Source: a virus. From it: a DNA stretch of 64,000 nt. Shown here in pieces: positions 56,050 to 63,117 of the stretch (positions are counted from its first letter, which is position 1; each line of letters opens with the position of its first letter). The translations under genes were made by a program, and so were the position numbers. Where the stretch lies: IMG/VR virus record IMGVR_UViG_3300045993_000425, positions 32,001 through 96,000 of that record; one strand, 5' to 3'. The notes beneath the pieces are model-generated. The model had not been told where the DNA came from. It worked only from the letters and a program-made list of their open reading frames with translations, and searched no databases.

Positions 56050-56402
56050 GCGAAACACCCAAGGTCTGCCAGATCTGCGAGAGCGACCTTTTTGAGGGAG
56101 TGTGTAGGAGCAGAGTCAGTCTCGGGGTTTCTGCCTGCTTTGAGTCTGGATACCATATGCTTCGCTCCCGCCTGGATGCGGTCAGTGAGGACCAAGCCAA
56201 GACAGCTACTAGGCTTTTCGCCTCTGAACTCGCCCGTGAAGAACTCGACAAGGCACTGACTCAACTCATCTACGCATCCGAAACCATCGCTCTAGCCATC
56301 GACACCCCCACTCCGGTGGGTCCCACCCACAGTGACGCTCAAGACCTATGGGCTGTCATCCGCAGTGCAGAGAAGGCTCTTCTTACAAAAGGAATGAAAT
56401 AA
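56046..56402 (+). CDS. Hypothetical protein
   Basis: GTGA overlap; GAGGAG RBS. Confidence 0.6.
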   Translation: MSETPKVCQICESDLFEGVCRSRVSLGVSACFESGYHMLRSRLDAVSEDQAKTATRLFASELAREELDKALTQLIYASETIALAIDTPTPVGPTHSDAQDLWAVIRSAEKALLTKGMK

Positions 56403-56710
56403 TGGGCACCATCGTCATCGACACGATCACAGGCAAGACCATCGACACAGAGTCGGAGATCACCTCCCTGCGTCGGCAGCTACATGCAGCAGAGCATGAA
56501 ATTGCCTGGTCGCAGCGAGAGACATCTGAAAAGCTCAAGCAGCTTCAGGCAGAGAACAAGCTGCTCCATGACCGGCTGGCGGATGCCGAGAAGACCCTCG
56601 AGAAGAAGGAAGAGCTGATGCGGGCTCAGAGGCAGGTCATCGACCAGTTCCTCTACGGCTCAAAGGTGTTACAAGAGAAAGGTGGAGGCGCACATGGAAA
56701 AGTCCCTTGA
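56402..56710 (+). CDS. Coiled-coil hypothetical protein
   Basis: TAATG coupling. Confidence 0.6.
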   Translation: MGTIVIDTITGKTIDTESEITSLRRQLHAAEHEIAWSQRETSEKLKQLQAENKLLHDRLADAEKTLEKKEELMRAQRQVIDQFLYGSKVLQEKGGGAHGKVP

Positions 56711-56879
56711 GGCCCAGGAAGTCGAGCGTCTGACCAAAGAGAACAAGATGAAGCAGGAGATGATCGACCTTCTCAACCGGCGACGGCAGCAGATCATGCT
56801 CCAGCTAGAGCGAGGCGACTTCAAGAAGGCTCTCCGCTTCAGCCATATGCCTCTCGGGGCAGACTTTGAGGAGCCTTAG
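56694..56879 (+). CDS. Hypothetical protein
   Basis: GGAGG RBS. Confidence 0.55.
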   Translation: MEKSLEAQEVERLTKENKMKQEMIDLLNRRRQQIMLQLERGDFKKALRFSHMPLGADFEEP

Positions 56880-56886
56880 TACTGCA

Positions 56887-56930
56887 TTGACCGGCATCCT
56901 GCCTGCTGCTATCATTGCGGGATGCCGGTC
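56887..56930 (+). promoter_or_regulatory. xis/int promoter overlapped by an 11-bp perfect inverted repeat (putative operator)
   Basis: TTGACC-N17-TATCAT; GACCGGCATCC (56889-56899) and GGATGCCGGTC (56920-56930). Confidence 0.65.
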
Positions 56931-56959
56931 GAGAGCCCTGGTTGTGCTTCTAGAGTACT

Positions 56960-57277
56960 ATGTCAGAACACTGCCAAGGCCTCCTGCTCTGTCGTAGTTG
57001 CTGCGCCTCCTACCTGGGCGTTAGCCTCAAGACATTCCAGCGACATATCAGACCCAGCCTCAAGGGTGTGCGTGTCGGAGATGTCCGATGGACCAAGGCC
57101 GGCCTCGATGAGTGGGTCAAGTCCCACCAGGAGGCTCCATGTCAGGCTACGAAGTATTCCAGAAAAAGAACGGATCAGGCAAGGTTAGCCCCTTCTACAG
57201 GGTCCGCTTCACCCTCGACGGCAAGCAGGTTAGTTTCCCAACGGGTGAGAGAGATGGAGCGGCTGCTGACCGGGTAG
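56960..57277 (+). CDS. Excisionase-like HTH protein
   Basis: 'ASYLGVSLKTFQRHIR..RWTKAGLDEWV'; overlaps the integrase start. Confidence 0.7.
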   Translation: MSEHCQGLLLCRSCCASYLGVSLKTFQRHIRPSLKGVRVGDVRWTKAGLDEWVKSHQEAPCQATKYSRKRTDQARLAPSTGSASPSTASRLVSQRVREMERLLTG

Positions 57278-58392
57278 GTGCTCAGATCTACCTGACTCAC
57301 CACCAGCAGGCTGGGAAGCCGGTTCCTGAGGGTACAGTCGACGCAGAAGACATCACCCTGGTCAGGGTCGGAGCCATCCTTCTGGTAGCCCTAGAGGATG
57401 AACTCGCCAGGGGAGACATCAAAAGGGGCCCCAGGTTTGTGAAGGATGTCCGCTTTGATATCCGAGGCATCCAGACCAAGTTCCAGACGATCACCCAGCT
57501 AACCGGGCCAGAGTGGACCAAAGCCGTCAAAGAGTGGCACGCTGGCTATCCTGACAGGAAGGAAGCCCTTAGCTGGCGCTACCTCCAGCGATGGACCATC
57601 ACAGCTAGAGCTCTGACCAGGCACGCGAAGCTGCTAGGGCTGATCGATGTCGTCCCGACCCTTGTCGCTCCCAGCAATGAGCAGGTCAAGAACGAAGAGG
57701 CTCATCGCAGAGCCTACTCGCTGGACGAGAGGGACCTCTTCCTGGCCACTGTAGCCGAGATGGCTAAGGACTCCCCCAGAGGCAAGAGGAAGGGGAGGAG
57801 AGCCTACAGGGCCTTCCTGGTGCTCTTCACGACAGGTCTAAGGAAGTCGGCCCTCGAGCGGATGAGAGTCAGGCAGATCAACTGGGATACCGGCTTCGTC
57901 GTTCTACCGGCTGGAACGATGAAGAAGAGGAACAGGGATCGCGAGATCTGGCTGCGCCCAGAAACCAAGCAGGCCATTCTGGAGGAGCTGGAGGAGGTCA
58001 GGGCAGACCTGGGACGCGACCTCCTGCCTTCCGACTTCGTCTTTGGCGAGATGGACCTCCGCTATTGGTTCAGGTCTGCCATCAGAAAGGCGGGCATCGA
58101 CCCTCGAGGTCTGACAGCTCACCATGCGACCAGGCACACCCTAGCCACCCAGCTAGGTGACGCTGATGCCACCCTGGCCCAGATGCTAAACACCTTCCAC
58201 TGGGAAACACCTACGATGCCAGCTCGGTACATGCACGACAACGCCCAGCTCGCTAAGGCTGCATTAGAGCGACTCCCACCGCCGGTACTACCTCTGCCTC
58301 AATCAAAAGCTAGCGTTGCAGGAGAGCCCGTTTCCGTTCGCCTGGATGCCGCTCCTGAATCCGGTCGCAATCTGCCTAACCAGACCACTTAG
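57139..58392 (+). CDS. int: Tyrosine integrase
   Basis: AGGAGG RBS; arm-binding-like N-terminus; 'TGLRKSAL', 'HHATRHT', 'ARYMH'. Confidence 0.9.
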   Translation: MSGYEVFQKKNGSGKVSPFYRVRFTLDGKQVSFPTGERDGAAADRVGAQIYLTHHQQAGKPVPEGTVDAEDITLVRVGAILLVALEDELARGDIKRGPRFVKDVRFDIRGIQTKFQTITQLTGPEWTKAVKEWHAGYPDRKEALSWRYLQRWTITARALTRHAKLLGLIDVVPTLVAPSNEQVKNEEAHRRAYSLDERDLFLATVAEMAKDSPRGKRKGRRAYRAFLVLFTTGLRKSALERMRVRQINWDTGFVVLPAGTMKKRNRDREIWLRPETKQAILEELEEVRADLGRDLLPSDFVFGEMDLRYWFRSAIRKAGIDPRGLTAHHATRHTLATQLGDADATLAQMLNTFHWETPTMPARYMHDNAQLAKAALERLPPPVLPLPQSKASVAGEPVSVRLDAAPESGRNLPNQTT

Positions 58393-58400
58393 GAGATCCC

Positions 58401-58646
58401 GTGACACCCATCAGCGCAACCCAGACCATCGGCAGCAAGAGGTACTCGACCGACAACTCGACATTGCTGGGCGACGACAGCATCACCATGCTCTTCCGCA
58501 CCCCCAACGGCCATTACTTCGGACAGAAGTCGGATGGAATCCTCTTCAAGCTAGATCTGGACGATGCCATCGACCTCTTTTTGACCCTAGTCCCCACGAT
58601 GTCATTCTGGGAAGCCTTCCCTGGAATCACCATCCAGGATGCCTAA
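58401..58646 (+). CDS. Hypothetical protein
   Basis: AGGAG RBS; GTG start. Confidence 0.6.
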   Translation: MTPISATQTIGSKRYSTDNSTLLGDDSITMLFRTPNGHYFGQKSDGILFKLDLDDAIDLFLTLVPTMSFWEAFPGITIQDA

Positions 58647-58648
58647 AT

Positions 58649-58819
58649 TAGGGACCAGCTAGGGACCGATAGCGGCTAAGTGCCTGTATTTCGGTGCTGA
58701 GTCATGGATTTTGAGTCCTTAACCCAGCCTAGCATGAGAGTAAAATCATAGGCTTGAATGGGTCCTAGCGGGTCCTAGACTCCCCTCTCGGGCCCTAATT
58801 TAGGGACCGGCTAGGGACC
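58649..58819. other. attP: arm-type repeats flanking a tRNA-Leu(CAA) anticodon-arm core
   Basis: TAGGGACC pairs at 58649/58660 and 58801/58812; inverted GGGTCCTAG x2 at 58760-58778; core GGATTTTGAGTCC at 58706-58718. Confidence 0.8.
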
Positions 58820-59107
58820 GGAAATACACTGAAAGGGCTTGACTCCCAGGAGGCTGCTGATCACGGTCCCGAGGACAGCCCCAGCAACCGTGAAGACAGA
58901 GCCGGTGGCGACGACCCCGAGGAGCATCCCGAAGCCAACCAGAGCCCTGGCGGCCAGGAGAGCTGGAACCGGGTTGCCGAAGATGCCGCCAGCCAGAAGG
59001 AGGCCTGCATAGCCTCCGTAGACGAGGGCGGGGACTAGCGCGAAGACGATGAAGAGGGAGGCGCCAGCGAATGCGCCGAGGACAGCCGCTGTCTTGTTCT
59101 GAGTCAT
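58811..59107 (-). CDS. Small hydrophobic membrane protein (host-like moron)
   Basis: AAGGAG RBS; 'LVPALVYGGYAGLLLAGGIFG'; stop falls inside the att arm repeats. Confidence 0.7.
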   Translation of the reverse strand: MTQNKTAAVLGAFAGASLFIVFALVPALVYGGYAGLLLAGGIFGNPVPALLAARALVGFGMLLGVVATGSVFTVAGAVLGTVISSLLGVKPFQCISGP

Positions 59108-59132
59108 GTGAATCTCCTTGACCCAGGATATT

Positions 59133-59149
59133 AGCAAGCTGCGTGCCAA
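59133..59149 (-). promoter_or_regulatory. Sigma54 (-24/-12) promoter
   Basis: TTGGCACG-CAGC-TTGCT consensus match upstream of 59107. Confidence 0.75.
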
Positions 59150-59254
59150 CAAAAATCACTGATAATACAGGAACTGGCAGAATAGTCAAGTCCTATTCTG
59201 GCGAAAGATGTCTGGAAAAGCAGACAGTCAGAGATGTAGGGAAAAGGTGACTAG

Positions 59255-59340
59255 TGGTGCCCCGAGTCGGACTCGAACCGACAAGCCCCTGAGGGCAGCT
59301 ACTTTTGAGGCAGCCGTGTAAACCGTTCCACCATCGGGGC
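59255..59340 (-). tRNA. tRNA-Leu(CAA)
   Basis: GCCCCGA/TCGGGGC-ACCA; anticodon arm GCTGC-CTCAAAA-GTAGC; long variable arm; GTCGG-TTCGAGT-CCGAC. Confidence 0.95.
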
Positions 59341-59356
59341 TATGCCTGACACTAGC

Positions 59357-59686
59357 CTACAACGATCTGCAAGGGAAGGGGTCGATGCGATACTGCACCT
59401 CCGACCCAAGAGTCTGAGCAATCGCCAGCCTGCCCTTGACGCTGGTCGAGTGGATGATGACCTCGCCAGGTCGAAACTCCTTGGGCGTGCTGAACCTGAT
59501 GAAATGGGCCAAGTCGGACCCATTCCTGTCTGGCTGGAAGTCGAAGTCGAGAAAGAGACGACCGACCCTCCACCCCTGGAGGATGACCACTGCCTCCTCG
59601 TAAGTCGACACCATGTGGGCCTTGGGCAGCCGCTCCCTGAACCAAGCGAGCCTGCCGGGGTCATCATCTACAACGAGGTCGATCAC
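59357..59686 (-). CDS. Second cyclic-phosphate-processing receiver domain protein
   Basis: 'VVDDDPGR..LFLDFDF..NGSDLA..IIHSTS'. Confidence 0.7.
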   Translation of the reverse strand: MIDLVVDDDPGRLAWFRERLPKAHMVSTYEEAVVILQGWRVGRLFLDFDFQPDRNGSDLAHFIRFSTPKEFRPGEVIIHSTSVKGRLAIAQTLGSEVQYRIDPFPCRSL

Positions 59687-60075
59687 AGCGAGGCTCTGTC
59701 CAGCTTTAGGGGTCTGTCCGGAAACCCTGGACGATGAGCCATCACCGCACAAGAGCAGAAGGCGCAGTGAGTCAACTTGCCTTCTTCCAGGTGGCACTCG
59801 ATGTCATGTCCGCACCGGCAGAAGATAGGCGGATCGACCTCCTCTTTCCGCTTGGATGACATGACGAACAAGCTGGGGATCTCCTCCAGGCCCACTGTCA
59901 CGCTACGCACCTCCATCTTGCCCTCCTGCCTGACAAGCCAATCATCGCAGAAACGCCGCATCCGAATGTAGGTGTCGCTGGCTACCATGACAACAGCAGC
60001 TTCTGCACTGTCGGCCTCTACGAAAACTCCGTTCGTCTCTTCGTAGTCTCTGCACCACACCCAGTATCTGCTCAT
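59683..60075 (-). CDS. Hypothetical protein with C-terminal Zn-finger
   Basis: GGAGG RBS; 'CRCGH..H..CAFCSC'. Confidence 0.6.
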   Translation of the reverse strand: MSRYWVWCRDYEETNGVFVEADSAEAAVVMVASDTYIRMRRFCDDWLVRQEGKMEVRSVTVGLEEIPSLFVMSSKRKEEVDPPIFCRCGHDIECHLEEGKLTHCAFCSCAVMAHRPGFPDRPLKLDRASL

Positions 60076-60087
60076 TTTAGGCCTCCC

Positions 60088-60258
60088 CTACGGTTGTCCA
60101 CGAGACAGCGCAGCCTTGTGGAGGATCGCTTGCTCGTCTTCCTCTTCTTCAGCACCATCAGCCTGCTTGCTGTCCTTGCTGTAGCACTCATCGATGGCTT
60201 TGACCTCTGCCATAAAGAGGTCGATCTCCTCCTCGGTCATGTTGTCTCGGTACTTCAC
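60088..60258 (-). CDS. Small acidic hypothetical protein
   Basis: GTGA coupling; fills the operon gap. Confidence 0.45.
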   Translation of the reverse strand: MKYRDNMTEEEIDLFMAEVKAIDECYSKDSKQADGAEEEEDEQAILHKAALSRGQP

Positions 60259-60365
60259 TTGATCGCCCCGATTCGCCTGAGAGCTTTGAAGAAGAACAAA
60301 GGAACGGATGCGAACAGAAGCATCGAAAAGACGAGCCAGAAGTCTGGATTTCTATCTGATTTCAT
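60255..60365 (-). CDS. Small membrane peptide
   Basis: ATGA coupling; GGAGG RBS; hydrophobic. Confidence 0.45.
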   Translation of the reverse strand: MKSDRNPDFWLVFSMLLFASVPLFFFKALRRIGAIK

Positions 60366-60688
60366 GACTTCCCTCCTGAGATGACTACAGCAGCACCAGC
60401 CAGCAACATCCCAACAACCTGCCTACCGCCTGGTGCCTGCCTAGTCAGGTAGTACACAATCAGCGGCTCTGCGATCACCACCGATGATACGGATGCCACA
60501 GACACGACCCAGATGTCCCCGATGTGCTTGAGGCCTTGGTTGTAGAGCACCAGCAGGGCTAGGGCAGAGGACATCTGGACCACCAGGACAGGAGGAGCCC
60601 ACCAATTGCTCTGAGCGGCTAGCACCTCGGCGTAGATCATGGCTCCTTCAGCAGCAGCCATTCCGAGGCAGAACAGGACGATACTCAC
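60362..60688 (-). CDS. SMR/DMT-like small membrane protein
   Basis: About 108 aa with four hydrophobic segments. Confidence 0.5.
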   Translation of the reverse strand: MSIVLFCLGMAAAEGAMIYAEVLAAQSNWWAPPVLVVQMSSALALLVLYNQGLKHIGDIWVVSVASVSSVVIAEPLIVYYLTRQAPGGRQVVGMLLAGAAVVISGGKS

Positions 60689-60969
60689 TGATTCTCCACC
60701 TTGAGGGCGGCGCGGGCCAGTTCGTTCACGGCACGATCCGCCATGTCTCCTGCGGGGCGCGTCCGATCCTCGATCTCCCGCAGCGCCGCCTCCAGCTTCC
60801 CTGCGTAGATCTCCCAGCACTCTGCCAGGGCTGTATCCTCAGGCGAGTGTCCAGAGATGTCGAGGTGCGCCCCACAGAGCTCGCCGGGACGACTCATGGC
60901 AAATCCGCTAGAGTGAACAGCCTGCTCCTTCTTGCAGCGAGGGCAGAACTCAGGTGTATATTCGCTCAC
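60685..60969 (-). CDS. Hypothetical protein
   Basis: Coupled; ends 'ARAALK'. Confidence 0.6.
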   Translation of the reverse strand: MSEYTPEFCPRCKKEQAVHSSGFAMSRPGELCGAHLDISGHSPEDTALAECWEIYAGKLEAALREIEDRTRPAGDMADRAVNELARAALKVENQ

Positions 60970-61358
60970 GGCTTCTCCTTGAGGGCGGCGCGGGCCTTGT
61001 CCAGAACCCTTTGGATGCTCTCATCCACTTCGCCGTCCACCCTGACTAGCTTCTCCCAGGCAGCGACAGCGAGGACATCTTGCAACGCCGCCTCCAGGCG
61101 ATTGATGCGGTCGGTCGCCACCTTGTTCGCCACATAGAGCTGTGCATTCTGGATAATGCCCTGAACAGACAGCACCTTCTCCAGCTTGCTCTCCAGCGTC
61201 ATGCTGTAGGCCACCTGCCTCTCGTAGCCCAGCTTGTAGCAATCGCCGGTAGCCCGATCTGGCAGCCCAACTGCACAATGAGCGGCGTAGCACCCATCCC
61301 CATCGGGGGTGTTTCGGTGACGACCGCAGACCTCACAGATGTCCATCACGGCTGCCAC
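60966..61358 (-). CDS. Hypothetical protein
   Basis: Coupled; ends 'ARAALK' like its neighbour; start uncertain. Confidence 0.55.
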   Translation of the reverse strand: MAAVMDICEVCGRHRNTPDGDGCYAAHCAVGLPDRATGDCYKLGYERQVAYSMTLESKLEKVLSVQGIIQNAQLYVANKVATDRINRLEAALQDVLAVAAWEKLVRVDGEVDESIQRVLDKARAALKEKP

Positions 61359-61813
61359 CCGATGGCCAGGATGGACTCAAATCCCTCCTCCAGCTTGGGC
61401 TCGTCCAGCTTGCCAGCCACCCGCTCGAAGTCCCGGTCAGGAACCCGCCGATCAGGGGGGCGAGCCTGGTTACGCTTCCGGCAGACCTCGATGGGGGTAT
61501 TCATGAAGACGGCCTCGACGCGGAGTGCCGCCCCAGCGCAGATGTTGATGATGGCAGCACGGTCGATCTCCCGGCTGAACTTAGCGTCGAAGATCACGGG
61601 ACGACGGTCGTCCAGGTCGATGATCCATCCCCCAAGCCGGTTATAGGAGGCTCGCCATGCCCTCGCCGCCCGCTGGGGGCTCCAGTTGTAGCGACCATCG
61701 ACACCCACCAGCTGGGCATCGGGAGAGATGACGAGAGCGTCCCCCTTGTGCTGTTCCAGCCAGGTCGTCTTGCCAGAGCCGGGAAGTCCCACCATCAGCG
61801 TCAGCATCTTCAT
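61346..61813 (-). CDS. AAA_33 / polynucleotide-kinase-like P-loop kinase
   Basis: 'MVGLPGSGKTT', 'ISPD', 'VIFDA', 'VCRKRNQAR..RVP', 'EEGF'. Confidence 0.85.
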   Translation of the reverse strand: MKMLTLMVGLPGSGKTTWLEQHKGDALVISPDAQLVGVDGRYNWSPQRAARAWRASYNRLGGWIIDLDDRRPVIFDAKFSREIDRAAIINICAGAALRVEAVFMNTPIEVCRKRNQARPPDRRVPDRDFERVAGKLDEPKLEEGFESILAIGWQP

Positions 61814-61827
61814 CGCATCCTCCTAGT

Positions 61828-62157
61828 TTAGCTTCTGTTCATTTCCAGAATAGCACCATCGCTCGTACTGTACTGCACCCTCCTGACACCCGCCTTCCGA
61901 AGGGCCTCCTGACACTCAGGGCAGGGCTTGGCGAGCCCCCACTCCCCTCTGATGCGAACCCTGATCGAGAGGACATCTGCTCCCTTGGCAGCCTCTCCTG
62001 CCTGCTCCAGAGCGTGGATCTCAGCATGTTTCGTAGCTGAGTTCCAGCCGGTAGCGATGACCCTGCGACCGACGAAGATGAGAACGGCATGCTTGTGCTG
62101 CCGATGCCTCGCCTTCCTGACCGCGAGCCTCTCTGCGACTCTGATAGGAGCGTTCAT
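61828..62157 (-). CDS. Cytidine/deoxycytidylate deaminase-like protein
   Basis: 'HAEIHAL' and 'AKPCPECQ'. Confidence 0.85.
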   Translation of the reverse strand: MNAPIRVAERLAVRKARHRQHKHAVLIFVGRRVIATGWNSATKHAEIHALEQAGEAAKGADVLSIRVRIRGEWGLAKPCPECQEALRKAGVRRVQYSTSDGAILEMNRS

Positions 62158-62588
62158 GCCGCCCCACTGATGAGTCGCTCCAAGTCGAACCGCTCTCCGA
62201 TCACTTCAGAAGCGAAGACCTCCAGCCCAGAGGCGAAGACCACCCTCCCCTCCTGCTCGAGGACGTATTCTGGAACCCTCTGCTCACCCAGAATGAACCC
62301 AACCCCAAGAGGGGTGGGCCTCCAGGCTCCGTAGCTGGGGTCCTTGCTGTCTTCTGCCTGATACTTCTCGATCAGCCCCCAGAGGGCCAATCGGGAGTAG
62401 TCATCCCCCTGAGGGGGAGCGTCCGTCCTCTTCCCAGCCTTGGGAACCCAAGGGAGCAGCCCTTGCTTGACCTGCTTCCGGCTCTCCTGAACCAACCAGG
62501 CGAGCCACTTGACTTGGGACTTCCTGAGGGTCCGCTTATACTCTCGGACCTCATGCCCGCAAGCCCGACATTTGTGGGCGACCCTCAT
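62154..62588 (-). CDS. Hypothetical protein (winged-helix-like)
   Basis: 'DYSRLALWGLIE..WRPTPLG'. Confidence 0.55.
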   Translation of the reverse strand: MRVAHKCRACGHEVREYKRTLRKSQVKWLAWLVQESRKQVKQGLLPWVPKAGKRTDAPPQGDDYSRLALWGLIEKYQAEDSKDPSYGAWRPTPLGVGFILGEQRVPEYVLEQEGRVVFASGLEVFASEVIGERFDLERLISGAA

Positions 62589-62675
62589 CAGTTCTCCCCC
62601 AGGTCCTTGAGGGTGATGAGGCAGAAGAGGACGATTGCCATCAGCGGGAGCAGGACGATTTCCATTTTTGTCTCC

Positions 62676-63020
62676 TTAGTCAGCGTAGATGGCCGAGTAC
62701 CAGCCGGTGCAGGCCTCTGCCCACAGGTCCTTCGCGTCGAGAGCCTTCTGCATCCCGTCGATCAGGCTCCACCCGTACTCGAGGGCGGTATCGGAGTTGA
62801 AAAAGTACCGGATGTCGCCACCGTCGTAGACGACGATGAGAGCTGCACCCTTGCCGTACTCCTCGCCCCGCGCCGACCACTCCTGAGGCGAGTAGAAGGT
62901 CTTGCAGCCACCCGAGTCGGTCAGGCCGTTCTTCTCCAGCTGCTTGATGATTGCCCGGTAGGCCTTCTTGCCTGCGCCGGAGAGTCCTTCGGGCTGCTCG
63001 AGGTTCTTGATGTCGGCCAT
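62676..63020 (-). CDS. Hypothetical protein
   Basis: AAGGAG RBS; own promoter. Confidence 0.65.
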   Translation of the reverse strand: MADIKNLEQPEGLSGAGKKAYRAIIKQLEKNGLTDSGGCKTFYSPQEWSARGEEYGKGAALIVVYDGGDIRYFFNSDTALEYGWSLIDGMQKALDAKDLWAEACTGWYSAIYAD

Positions 63021-63058
63021 TTTGAGCTCCTTGGTTCGGGGTGAACTGCGATGAAGAG

Positions 63059-63087
63059 ATACTATCAAAACACCGAGCAGAGGTCAA
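63059..63087 (-). promoter_or_regulatory. Sigma70-like promoter
   Basis: TTGACC-N17-TAGTAT with TG extension. Confidence 0.7.
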
Positions 63088-63117
63088 CGTCTTTCGACAT
63101 CACCAGCCTGCTGCCTA

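Noticed and set aside
58649-58819. Short repeats as a CRISPR array, or the core as a tRNA gene
   Set aside because: Repeats are 8-9 bp pairs without spacers, and the core lacks acceptor, D and T arms; attP fits better
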